Shown: piece after piece, positions 11,159 to 21,750 of the stretch
How the letters are laid out: every line of letters starts with the position of its first letter
How positions within the stretch are numbered: the stretch's first letter is position 1
NCBI RefSeq assembly: GCF_001194135.2
Contig: NC_068994.1
Coordinates: forward strand, 26,314,309-26,349,901
From: Octopus bimaculoides
Lineage: Eukaryota
Length of the DNA: 35,593 bases
Direction: 5' to 3'
The notes under the pieces: generated by a model
Seen by the model: the letters and a program-made list of their open reading frames with translations, nothing else
What the model was told of the DNA's origin: nothing
Database searches by the model: none
Translations under genes and position numbers: made by a program

Positions 11159-12427
11159 ATAGACGCTATGAAAAACCGTTGAATAAATGGGAAGTTACTC
11201 TAATAGGTAGAAAAAGGAAAAAAGATAAAAAATACATGCAATCCTATTCTCATAATGCATAAACATAAAGCTCCTGCGTTCATAACGTCTACATACGTAC
11301 ACACTCACACAAACATGTACACGTACATGCACATATACATACAAACATTTATGCGGATGTATGCACTCATACATACACACATATCCACACACACACGCAC
11401 ACATTTTTACTATGTTCCTGCACAAGCTTCCCAAATGTTTTAACTTCTTTTAATTTTTTATTTTTTATATATACTTTTTCATTTTTATATATATTTTTCA
11501 TTTTTCTTTTTTTCCTTTTTAATTGTGTAAATGTGTACGTGTGTGAATATACGTATATGTATGTGTATATTTTATATGCCTATGTACGTGCGCGTGTATA
11601 TATGTGTATGTGTATATGTATGTATATGAGCGTAAGACTGTGTCCGGTGCATAAGTGCGACTTTCATGCACACGTCCCCTTCATTTATACGGATATGTAC
11701 ACGTTTGTATATGTGCGGGTGTAGGTGTGTGAATATATATATGTATATATATATATATATATATANNNNNNNNNNNNNNNNNNNNNNNNNNNNNNNNNNN
11801 NNNNNNNNNNNNNNNNNNNNNNNNNNNNNNTATATATATATATATATACGTATGCATGCATGCATGTATGTATGTATGTATGTATGTATGTACGTGTATG
11901 CAGGAATATGAATGTATGCCTGTATATATATATATACACACGTATATTTATATCTATAAATGTCGAAATATTCTCAATATAAGATAGTGTACATTTAGAC
12001 ACAAGAGAAGCGACCTTTAACAGGCAGTTTTACACTCTAGAAGAAGCAGTCAAAATGTCAAAAATCACATTTAAGATCAATTTTGAAGGGAAATGTCTAA
12101 ATATATATGTATTATGTTACGTGTATGCATGCAAACATCTATGTCTATATGAGGATGAAGTTGCGTACACATATACATATATATATAGACATGTGTGCGT
12201 GTGTGTATGGATATGTGTGCATGTGTGAGTACGTACATCCACATATACGTTTGTGTGTGTATGTGCATGTACGTATACATGCTTGTGTGAGTGTGTACGT
12301 ATGTAGACGTTATGAACGCATGAGGTTTATGTCTATGTATTGTGAGAATATGGTTGCGTGTATTTTTTCTTTTTCTTTTTCTACTTAGAGTAACTTCCCT
12401 TTTTTTTCAACATCTTTTTATAACGTC

Positions 12428-12488
12428 TATAGCCGACGAGAATGCATCATAGCTCTTTGCTCCGACATTTGAAACTACGAGTACTATA
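12428..12488 (+). ncRNA. Type I hammerhead-like motif with CCGACGA core
   Basis: tatag-CCGACGA(12433-12439)-gaatg...cattt-GAAA(12471-12474)-ctacgaGTA-ctata. Stem I is 5 bp perfect; cleavage is predicted after 12483. Confidence 0.7.
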
Positions 12489-12599
12489 ATGACAACTTAC
12501 TGTGTGTTCTAGATAATAATATATATATAAATAATCCTCTATTTATCTATATCGAGGTCTCATTCTTTTGTTGTCACTTATTATTATTATTATTATTTT

Positions 12600-12601
12600 A
12601 T

Positions 12602-12632
<31 letters not shown>

Positions 12633-12682
12633 CATATATGGATGTTTATAAATATATTTATATAAATCCACACACAAGCGCG

Positions 12683-12739
<57 letters not shown>

Positions 12740-12740
12740 A
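12600..12740. repeat. (CA)n/(TA)n microsatellites
   Basis: Direct reading. Confidence 0.95.
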
Positions 12741-13194
12741 TAGCACATAGCTATCTATACACCGAAGAAATGTTATTCAGAATTGTGATCTGAATCACGT
12801 CCAGAAGCAGAAAATTGTAGCAAAATTATCATAATGGCGGCAAGAGGAACGGTCTAGAATCTGAAGACATCTGAATCAATAACAGTTGGCAATATCAATA
12901 AGTTGAATGGATATTGGTAACAAATGGAAGAATCAAATTAAGAATATTATTGGATATTGGTTTCTCTGTAAGGAATCTGTAGATGTTTTAAAGAATTTCT
13001 CTTGATTTGATTTCTTGTGGGAAAATGTGTTTTTTCTTCCCCTCTCTCTAATATCTCTCCTCCATTCTTCCCTCGTCTTTCTCTTACATTCTCTCTATCG
13101 CTCTTGCTTTTTTCTTCTTTACTCAGCCTGTCTCTGATTTTGATTCTCTCAGTCTTTAGTCTGATTTTCTACAAATAAATATATATAAACATAT

Positions 13195-13420
13195 ATCATC
13201 ATCATCACAAATCTTATCTCCACTTTTCTATGCTTGCATGGGTCAGTTGGAATTTTGTTGAGGCAGATTTTCTATGGCTAGATGCTCTTCCTGTAGTCAA
13301 TCCCCACCTGTTCTCAAATAAAGTAATATTTCTCCATAACCAAACATGATTCCATGAAATATTTGGAATGAAGGACAATGCCTGCTTGATAGTAACATTT
13401 GTTAATAACTATCACATGAT
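13195..13420 (-). mobile_element. SINE/RTE-tail-related repeat
   Basis: Begins with catcatcatca and contains tgcttgcatgggtc...ggctagatgctcttcctg, similar to the tail family at 22885. Confidence 0.55.
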
Positions 13421-13434
13421 GTCATGGCAAGAAG

Positions 13435-13465
13435 ACAGACAGACAGATAGACAGACAGACAGACA

Positions 13466-13503
<38 letters not shown>
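13435..13503. repeat. (GACA)n-(CA)n microsatellite
   Basis: Direct reading. Confidence 0.97.
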
Positions 13504-13504
<1 letters not shown>

Positions 13505-13768
13505 TTTAGCAGCAGGACCCAACATTTCCTAGCTTTATTAATACTTAACATAAATGCAATCATATGAATTCAGTCTGTTTTCAATATATTGTTTTTAAAA
13601 GATGCTGACAGTTTTCTATTGGTTCAGGAATATCGATTCTTTTAAAATGGTGTATTCAACCCAGCAAAATTATGCACATATGGTTTAGGCTGAGCACCAC
13701 AAAATACACAAGAATAATGAAATCAAGAACTAGAAATAAAATTTTACTCTTACAGTTTAAGTAGAAAC

Positions 13769-13910
13769 ATGGCTGCGTAGTTCAGAAGTTTGCTTCCTAA
13801 CCATAGATCCACCATGTGGCACCTTGGACAACTGCCTTCTATTTTAGTTCCAGGCTGACCAAAGCCTTGTAAACTGATTTGGTAAATGGAACTGAAGGAA
13901 GCCCATTGTA
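13769..13910 (+). mobile_element. tRNA-derived SINE (decayed)
   Basis: A-box-like tggctgcgtagttcagaag head, then gtggcaccttggacaactg...ccaaagccttgt...gatttggta..ggaactgaaggaagccc; homologous to 4278-4388. Confidence 0.7.
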
Positions 13911-13938
13911 TGTACACACACACACACACACATACACA

Positions 13939-13972
<34 letters not shown>

Positions 13973-14189
13973 GACACACACACAAATACATAGAAATACA
14001 CATGTATGTATTATGTATGTGTATGTAAATTTATGTTTTCTTCTCTTGACATCGTATGACAGTTGTGCATGAGTGTCATCCATCTATAATAATAAATGCT
14101 AAAACAAATTTCTGTGTGTGTCAGTTTGTCACACTTTGATCCTCTCTCTCACTATTCAATGACACTTCTTCTACTCCTCTTACTGGGGT

Positions 14190-14522
14190 GAGAGTAATAG
14201 TAGGCATAGAGACGGGGAGGGCAGTAGTAGATTGACAGTTGAGATGGTATTGGGGTGATAGTAATCATATGAGCTATAGTTGTGATAGAAGCGGAGGCGA
14301 CGGTGATGATGGTGGTGGTGGTGGTGGTGGTAGCTGAGGCGGTAATAGTAAGGGATGTGAAAGACAGTGGTGATGGTGGTGGAGGAGAAGGTGGTGAAGT
14401 CAAAGGTGTTGATGGTGGTGAAGTCAGAAGTTTGAATGGTGTGTATATGGCAGTTGTGGTGGCAATGGTAGTGGTACTGGTGATGGTGATGGTTGAAAAC
14501 AATCAACAGAAAGAGAGAGAGA

Positions 14523-14592
<70 letters not shown>
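14190..14592. repeat. (GGT)n/(GAT)n low-complexity tract followed by (GA)n
   Basis: Direct reading; explains the poly-H/P/T/V and ER pseudo-ORFs. Confidence 0.9.
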
Positions 14593-14595
<3 letters not shown>

Positions 14596-14609
14596 AAAGA
14601 GCCTAGACA

Positions 14610-14852
14610 GAAAAAAATTGTACTGACCCCCGAATGGGAAGACAAAAAAATGTTGTTTATCATGAAGCTTTGCACTAAGTTCCAAGTCGACATATTATAT
14701 CATTGTTTTGAGGAAAATTGTTCATTGCTTGAAAAATATTGGTCAAGTTTAATAAAATTTATATGCACTTAATGCATGAAGTATCATTATTGGGCCGAAG
14801 GCCCAATGAAGACCCCTCAAAAAGCCACCATATTGGGTGGCTTTTAAGCTAG
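14610..14852 (+). mobile_element. Putative non-autonomous Helitron-like 3' end
   Basis: Hairpin aaaagccacc-atattg-ggtggctttt (14820-14845) followed by CTAG (14849-14852) and T. A second hairpin lies at 14789-14807. The 5' boundary is uncertain. Confidence 0.4.
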
Positions 14853-15659
14853 TTTTCAATATTTTGCGAAACCCTACCTGGCCATGAGGAAACATTAGCT
14901 TGCTTGCTTGCAAACTGGGGAAGCTTTATGACAAGAAAGGCATCTGTCCATAGAAAATCTGTCTCAATAAACTTTGACCCATGCAAGTATGAAAAAGTGA
15001 AAGTTAAAATGATGTTGTTTTCTATATTTTTGTGCAAACATATTTTTTTAAATATTACATAAATTCATGTAATTACTTGTAAATGAATCATTTTTGCATT
15101 CTGTAACTTTTTACTATTTGATGCTGTACTTAAAGGTCTTTGACATTCTTAGTTTTTCTAAGAATATAAAAGCATCCAAAAAGCTGAGCTTATGACCTTG
15201 TTGCAAAGATGTTCTCTTTCATAAAATTTCAAGCTACCTAAGTGTAAAACTGTGATTTACAGTCTGGAATGAACCATCAAGTAAAGCATGCGCACATGCA
15301 TGCACTGTTAGAATGCTTGTACAATCTGTTAGTGGCACTGAAAATTTGTAAGACATCCCAGTGATTCTCCATTTGAGATTCTCTAAATGAATTTATGCAC
15401 ACACTTGGTTGTATGCATTAACAACTCAACCAACAGACCAATGCTACATATTTATAAACACAAGGAACTCACTTAACTTAAAAAGACTTAACACTTTATT
15501 AGCAACTGTCTTCAACTCTCTTATGTAGAACTTAAATAAATTTCAAAGAAAAACATACATACATGTATACTTATGTACATACATGTATACTTATGTACAT
15601 ACATATGCATACATGCATAGATTTACTTTTACATATTAAGAATATATTGATATAAGCAC

Positions 15660-16232
15660 CAAGATGTCTGGTGACATGAAGTTCTTGAGAAGACCTGACC
15701 ACGTCAGTGAAACTGAGTTTTAGAAGCACTGTATGTTCCACCCACACATAACAAGATAACTTTCCACACACCCTACTCTTCTTTTCTCTTCTTTTCCTCA
15801 CATCTCATCTTTCATGCACTATGCTATTTCTCACTCCCCGATCCTATCCTCACAGCCTTGTTCACTGTATGATTGCTATCCAGTAGTCCCCAACCCCATC
15901 TATATACCCATGATTTCACCGCTCACTACATTTCCCTCCCCAACTCTCTACTCATGTTTCTTTGGCAGTGCCCTGCCACTTACATTATGACTGCCATGCC
16001 TCAAGAGTATGCCCTGGCACTTGCCACCACTGCTCTCTCTTTTTTCTTTTACTTGACCATCCCATTTATATTATGATTCCTGTAACTTGTGAGTATGCCC
16101 AGCATTTTGCCACCATCTCTCTCCTTCTTTCTCTTGCATTTCTACTATTTCCACTCTGTCTCTCCTTCTGTTCTTCCATTAGGTTGGGTGACCATGCGTC
16201 TCTTTTACAACAGCACACTTATTTCTGTCTTC

Positions 16233-16276
<44 letters not shown>

Positions 16277-16695
16277 CTGGGTAACCATGTACCGAAACAC
16301 CTGTTTCTGCCTCTCTATCTCATTCTAACTTTTCACCATCTTCCTCCAATGCCCCCTTCCCCTCTCAAAAATTCCTTATCTTACAAGTTATTTGGTAACC
16401 TTGCAAGTGCTAGTACCACTTAAAAAGTATCCCGCCCACACTGTAAGGTGTTTGGCATTTGGAAGAGCATCCAGCTATAAAAACCATGCCAAACTGATCT
16501 TGCCTGTGCTTGTTGCACATAAAAAGCTCTCAGTTCACTCTGATAGGTGGTTGGTGTTAGGAAGAGCATCCAGCTGTAAAAACCCTGCCAAAACAGACAC
16601 AGAAGTCTGGTGCAAGCCCCTGCCTGGCCAGCTCCTGTCAAATTGTCCAACCCAAACCAGCATGGAAGGCGGACATTAAACAATGATGATGATGA
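15660..16695 (+). mobile_element. 5'-truncated RTE LINE copy (3' UTR and (ATG)n tail)
   Basis: Colinear with the reverse complement of 22885-23965 (gttcttgagaagacc...gaaactgagtt..., CT-rich UTR, (CT)n, tail ending aatgatgatgatga). Confidence 0.8.
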
Positions 16696-17084
16696 AACAG
16701 TATGTGATGATATGATAATTTAAATTTTAATGTAAACTTCCAAGCATGTGATTTTAGCAAGTATATGTTTTTTAGACAAGTTGTGAAAATTAGCCATTGT
16801 GGTTAAAGCACAAAATTTTCTGTCTCTGGTCAGAAAATGGAGATCAGCTTCACTAGCTCCAGTATTTATTACTTCTTTATCAAGGATCAATAACTCAGTT
16901 ACTTGGTTACAGAAGTAATATTAACTTAAAGCTATTTGATTAATTAATTCCCATTGCCAGTACATGCACTATTATGCAAATTAGGAAGCCTAACTTAATT
17001 TTGTCAGGATATGTGTATGCTATAAATAGCCATAATGTAAAATGCTTGTGAACAGAGAAGTGGAAGAGTGTCAGATAAAATGCT

Positions 17085-17190
17085 GGCAGTATTTGTTCTG
17101 GCTCTTTCTACCTTGAGTTCTAATCCTGTCAACTTCGTTTTTTTTTTATCTTGCCATGATCAATAAATAAATTACTGGAATGGAGGTGTT
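17085..17190 (+). mobile_element. Decayed SINE fragment
   Basis: ttgagttctaatcctgtcaacttcg...ttt...gatcaataaataa resembles the reverse complement of 31214-31268. Confidence 0.4.
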
Positions 17191-17689
17191 TTCCTCTTTT
17201 TTGTTCTTCTCTTTCTCTTTCAGAATTGGCTGTGTTCTATGATGAGTTATGGGATACGAGTCACAGTATCTCTGTCTACAAATACAGAAGAATCAAGGGA
17301 CAATTTCTAAAAAAAAAAATTAAAAAAAAAAAAAGCCATAAAAACTATTCATAGAGGGACTGAAGTGTAACACAGTGCAAAATGATATATAATATAAAAA
17401 AAGATCATTAATGTGAACAATGCATCTCTGTTGAAGTAGCAACAAATACTGAAACTAGTCACATAGCTCTTCTATTTCTGACAACAAAGTTTTAAAAAAT
17501 TATTTTATTCATAGAGTCTACTTTTAAATCAAGACTTAAATATGTGTTTGTTTACTTACAAATGTACATATTTATGTACGTATGCATGCATATATGTTCA
17601 TTTTTATCTTTTTAATTTAAACTAAATTTTGAGTGGCCACCTACATGGTAGTAAGGTGTTGAAGGAAAGCGTCTTGTTTTGCTCATCAT

Positions 17690-18480
17690 CCTTTAAATTT
17701 TAAGGTCTTCCAGAGTTTTATAGTCCCAGATATTGTGATCATTTTTATTGTATGAATTAAGGATTTGCGTTTTCTCTCCAAGATCCCAAGTTCAGCTATA
17801 TTTTGTTCCATTTGGGTCGGTATGTATCCTGTTGCTCCAATAATAATGGGTATAAAGCTGAAAGTGTATCTTGGATACTAGATTTGCAAACTCCTCAGCA
17901 CTGGTCGATAGATTTCTCTTGTATTTTTCTAACCACGTTGATGTCCAGAGGGCAGCTGATTTCCACAACAGAACATATCTTTCTTTGTGGTTCCACACAA
18001 CATCTGACCAGTTGTATTTTAGCTTGGTAACTGTTTTAATTTTTAAGTTTTATCAATAATATTTCGATACATCAGTCTCAATATAGTCAACTTTGTAGGT
18101 GTTTCTGCTGCAGATGTTGATTCAGTGTCACAATACATGCTTCATATGACATCAATACAGATTTGAAACAATGGCCACCATCCTTGCATAGGAAATATAG
18201 CCTGTCTATACCTCCATTGATGTTGGAGTTTACAGTAACACTGAGCAAAAAAAAGTGGGAAAGAACTACCTTAAACCATGATGCAGTTTCTGATCTTGCA
18301 TTCTCCAATTCACATTGCAGAAAATACTCCTAAATCAAATAGATCCAATTGCAAATGTAAACTCACTGCAGGAAGTTTAATGTGGTCTACAAGTTCACAG
18401 TTCTTAATAAATTTTAAAAGTCTACCAAGATTTATATTGGAGCTACTGTTAATTTTAAACAAAGATACTCTGCACATTTA
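17690..18480 (-). mobile_element. RLE-type non-LTR retrotransposon remnant (R4/Dong-like), RT thumb plus restriction-like endonuclease
   Basis: NINGGIDRLYFLCKDGGHCFKSV..SYEACIVTLNQHL (the 'DRLYxxRxxGGRGL' region), then frameshifted KYNWSDVVWNHKE / CSVVEISCPLDINVVRKIQEK / LQI*YPRYTFSFIPIIIGATGYIP (PD-(D/E)xK RLE domain). Confidence 0.8.
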
Positions 18481-18539
18481 AACTCTCTTAAATAGGAAAA
18501 ACATAGTAAATGTACCTCTCTTGCAGAGCATATACACTA

Positions 18540-19950
18540 CATATACACTACTTTAGGAAAAAGAATATGCCCACATAACATAGCTTGGTCCATCATTGAC
18601 TCAGGTCCTCCATAGCAAGGCCAGCATGCCCCCTGTCGGTTGTGTTTGAGGGAATCTTTACAAATCCTGTTACATAACCCTGCACAATTATGAAACAAGC
18701 AACATGAAGCCTTCCCTACATGTGTCCACACATTTTTTAAGTCATTCAAATTTTACCATAGGTCTAATTGTAGTAAAGAAATTACTTCTGATTCTCACTA
18801 GCATATAGTTTAGGCATTATATGAGCTCATGTAATTAAAATTAGTATATTCAAAGTATCTTCATATCTTTTAATCCTTTCTTTTGTACATCCTCATTCTC
18901 TCCTTTATTTCAAATTTAACACATCTCACCTACATTATAACCAAAAGAATAGCCTCCCAGTTACAACTGTCATAATTAATAGAATGTCACTAGGCCTATT
19001 TTTCTCATGGTTTGAAGTTACACATGAACTTATAAAAATATAATTAATCTAACTTACCAATTCTCTTCACTAATTTTTTTTACTTATATAATATCTAGTT
19101 TCTATTGCCCATTAGCACTATATTTCTTTCAACTCTGGACCCTATAATTTTACTATATTAAAACTTAGTAAATAAATGTTTTTTATTTATAAATTTTTTA
19201 CTTATTTTTGATTTGTCATATTTAAATCTTTATTTTCATCCTTTGGTCCCCAACAAGTATATGCATTCATTAACATTACAAAACTTTAAACTTAATATTA
19301 TGGGCATCTATTTCTAGCACTATTATAACCAGGTGAGCCCTAAATCTCTCCTCACTTCTAGTTGTATTAGGCTCCCTTTAGCTTCAGATCCGCATTATCT
19401 TTTACAACCACTTTATTACCGTCATAACTCCACCTCCCACTTTTGTCAACTCTGGCCAGCGTTGGTGGTCAGCTAATGGATGATAGTATCTGACATCTGA
19501 CATCTACTATTCTTCATCCTTTTATCTATGTCTTATATATGCACTCCTCAACCTCTTTTGAAAGCATACCCCACACTATACTGACTAGTATCTATCTACT
19601 CTACTACATCTACCTGTCTGTCTTTACTCCACACTGTAGTATAATATTATTATCCAACCCTCATTCGTTTTATATTCAAAACTGGGGCTGGTAATTTCCA
19701 CTATTCCTCACTATTCCTTGCTATTGAACATTCTCATTTGAAATTACTAATGGCCATCACCTATAACTATATTATTTATTTGATCATGGAACAAGGTAAC
19801 ACACTTATTTTACTCTGATCCTTCCCCCATTTTTGACAAACTGGAATATACCAATATCCTCAACTGGGGATATTCCCTCATTTGTAGATCTCCCTGCCTT
19901 CTCCCTCTCTGATGATGGTTTACTCAGCTTATGGAATCCTTACTCAATAT
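18540..19950 (-). mobile_element. Possible heavily decayed L1/Tx1-like LINE
   Basis: APE-like KVGGGVMTVIKWL...LVIIVLEIDAHNIKFKVL near 19270-19460 and a Cys motif CWPCYGGPESMMDQAMLC near 18580-18630. Mostly unalignable. Confidence 0.25.
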
Positions 19951-20111
19951 TATGATCCATATGCATGGATATTCTAGAAACACCTGTAAGAGACTCTATA
20001 TGTTTATATTCTCTATCTAAAATGTTTTTTCAAGTAATAAGTAATGCTGAATGTTTTGCTTTTTCATTCTGACTTCAATCTATATCAGATATATATATAT
20101 ATATATATATA

Positions 20112-20447
20112 TCGAACTTACTTCGTCCCCACTTTCAAGTTCGTGCCTCACAGCGTTCATACACATAATTTTTCCCGTCTGGCCGTATAGCCTTTTCTGT
20201 TTGTTTTCCTGTCTTGTTTTTTGTCCGCCACTACATTCCTCCATGGCAAGGTTTAATTTGTGTATACAAATTTAATTTGCGGTCCATGGGAAGAGCCGTT
20301 TTAGCGATGCGTCCTGCCCAGCTCTTCGAAACGCCGGTGTTAAAACGGGGGTAGCTGATGAAGAAGAATGTTCTCTATGTGGCTTGTGTGTTTTCTCGTC
20401 TACGTTTTGTTTGCAATGTCCTGTACCCAGATATGCACCTATACATA
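20112..20447 (+). repeat. Unclassified structured interspersed repeat between a (TA)n tract and a gap
   Basis: GC-richer segment with several complementary blocks and hammerhead-like words (GAAAC-GCCGGT-GTT, CTGATGA). Confidence 0.4.
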
Positions 20448-20757
20448 CNNNNNNNNNNNNNNNNNNNNNNNNNNNNNNNNNNNNNNNNNNNNNNNNNNNN
20501 NNNNNNNNNNNNNNNNNNNNNNNNNNNNNNNNNNNNNNNNNNNNNNNNNNNNNNNNNNNNNNNNNNNNNNNNNNNNNNNNNNNNNNNNNNNNNNNNNNNN
20601 NNNNNNNNNNNNNNNNNNNNNNNNNNNNNNNNNNNNNNNNNNNNNNNNNNNNNNNNNNNNNNNNNNNNNNNNNNNNNNNNNNNNNNNNNNNNNNNNNNNN
20701 NNNNNNNNNNNNNNNNNNNNNNNNNNNNNNATATATATATATATATATATATATATA

Positions 20758-21010
20758 CGAAGGCCGATCAATAAGTATCCGGACTATTGCCATAGTAACG
20801 AAGCTAAAGCATGCAGAGTAAAGCCACTTGGCACAGTTTGACCTTGATCTCTGCTGTGCATATGCACTAAGTTCTAATGTTGTAGGTCATTTCTGCTGTT
20901 TACAGCAGTGCTTGGAAGGAAGGTATGTAGTGCGTAATCAGCGCATTGACCATGACAGAGAAAGTTGTGATGGCAATACCTGCTCAGAGACCTATGCAAA
21001 GTTGCAGAAA
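20758..21010 (+). mobile_element. Mariner 5' end (TIR and start of transposase, internally deleted)
   Basis: TA followed by cgaaggccgatcaataagtatccggact (mariner-type TIR); later ATG MTEKV joined to GNTCSETYAKLQK (HTH region). Confidence 0.7.
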
Positions 21011-21159
21011 GGCTGGGTCATACTGGAACATTAGTTTTCAGTGTCTTGCAGTTTTCTTTCTGTACAGTCTTTGGTGAAGGAGCAAGTTGGATAGAGCAAC
21101 TCTTCTTTGTGCCTCCTGCTACAATGTGGGTTCATCTTCTATTTCAGATAAAAATTTGT

Positions 21160-21210
21160 ACAGGTGGTGCTCCAGCATGACCGCAGTCCAATGACTGAAA
21201 CTAGTAAAAG
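21160..21210 (+). mobile_element. SINE 3' tail fragment
   Basis: ggtggtgctccagcatgaccgcagtccaatgactgaaactagtaaaag. Confidence 0.65.
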
Positions 21211-21439
21211 GGAGGTGCTCTTTGAAGAACTCCAAATTTACACCTTGCAAATCTCTGATATTGTTTGGCAGAATGTTGAATAGTTTGTATTATAAAATTT
21301 CTTTGTCTGATGAATTTCTAATGGGAAATTCCTTACATGTTTATCCAACATGTAAAACTCTGTAATTCCTATTAGCAAATGAAACATGTAATGGTAAATA
21401 CATAAAATCAATAAATTTTCTAACTTTATAACACTTCAT

Positions 21440-21750
21440 CCATCACATGTAGTTCTCTGGTTACAGCCAAAGGGACAAGATTAGAGTGTACATAGGAGCC
21501 AGGACTATCAGAGAGTGATGCAAAGGGATTCTGCCCGCTATACAGGAGTAAACCCTGGAACAACACAGAAAGGACCACAGAAAAGATAGATAAGGCCAAC
21601 TTATGGTATGACAACCAAAAATACCAGAGTGTCATACCTGGCGGCGAACTAGCATACCTTTTTAGAAAAGCATTAGATAAGGTTAATCTATGGATTAAAG
21701 TAGTAGAAAGGCCGGGAGCCTCTATAAAAACCTGATCTGTAGACCTTATC
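21440..21750 (+). mobile_element. Penelope-like element post-RT fragment (Naiad/Chlamys-like)
   Basis: The + frame reads YRSKPWNNTERTTEKIDKANLWYDNQKYQSVIPGGELAYLFRKALDKVNLWIKVVERPGASIKT, resembling the 'W...R..K..K..WY...V.FVPxTPGGxL...IKVVExxG' C-terminal region recalled for this PLE clade. Confidence 0.6.

Larger units (their letters stand above)
11056..12525. mobile_element. Head-to-head inverted pair of ~340-nt hammerhead-containing repeats
   Basis: 11056-11403 is the reverse complement of 12191-12525 (roughly 80-85% by eye). This is also visible as the homologous pseudo-ORFs 11195-11434(-) and 12107-12388(+). The spacer is ~790 nt and microsatellite-rich. Confidence 0.85.

Noticed and set aside
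12770-12880. Possible ancient hammerhead (ctgaatca...ggaacggtc)
   Set aside because: Several core positions are mismatched; could arise by chance.
14820-14845. Rho-independent terminator
   Set aside because: Eukaryotic repeat context; better explained as a Helitron-like end.
15685-15725. ctgacca-cgtcagt-GAAA-ctgaGTT in the RTE 3' region
   Set aside because: The core is not CUGANGA, the homologous copy at ~23910-23940 lacks it, and there is no stem I.
21305-21340. CTGATGA...GAAA near 21307-21326
   Set aside because: Stem II cannot close and there is no stem I complementarity.
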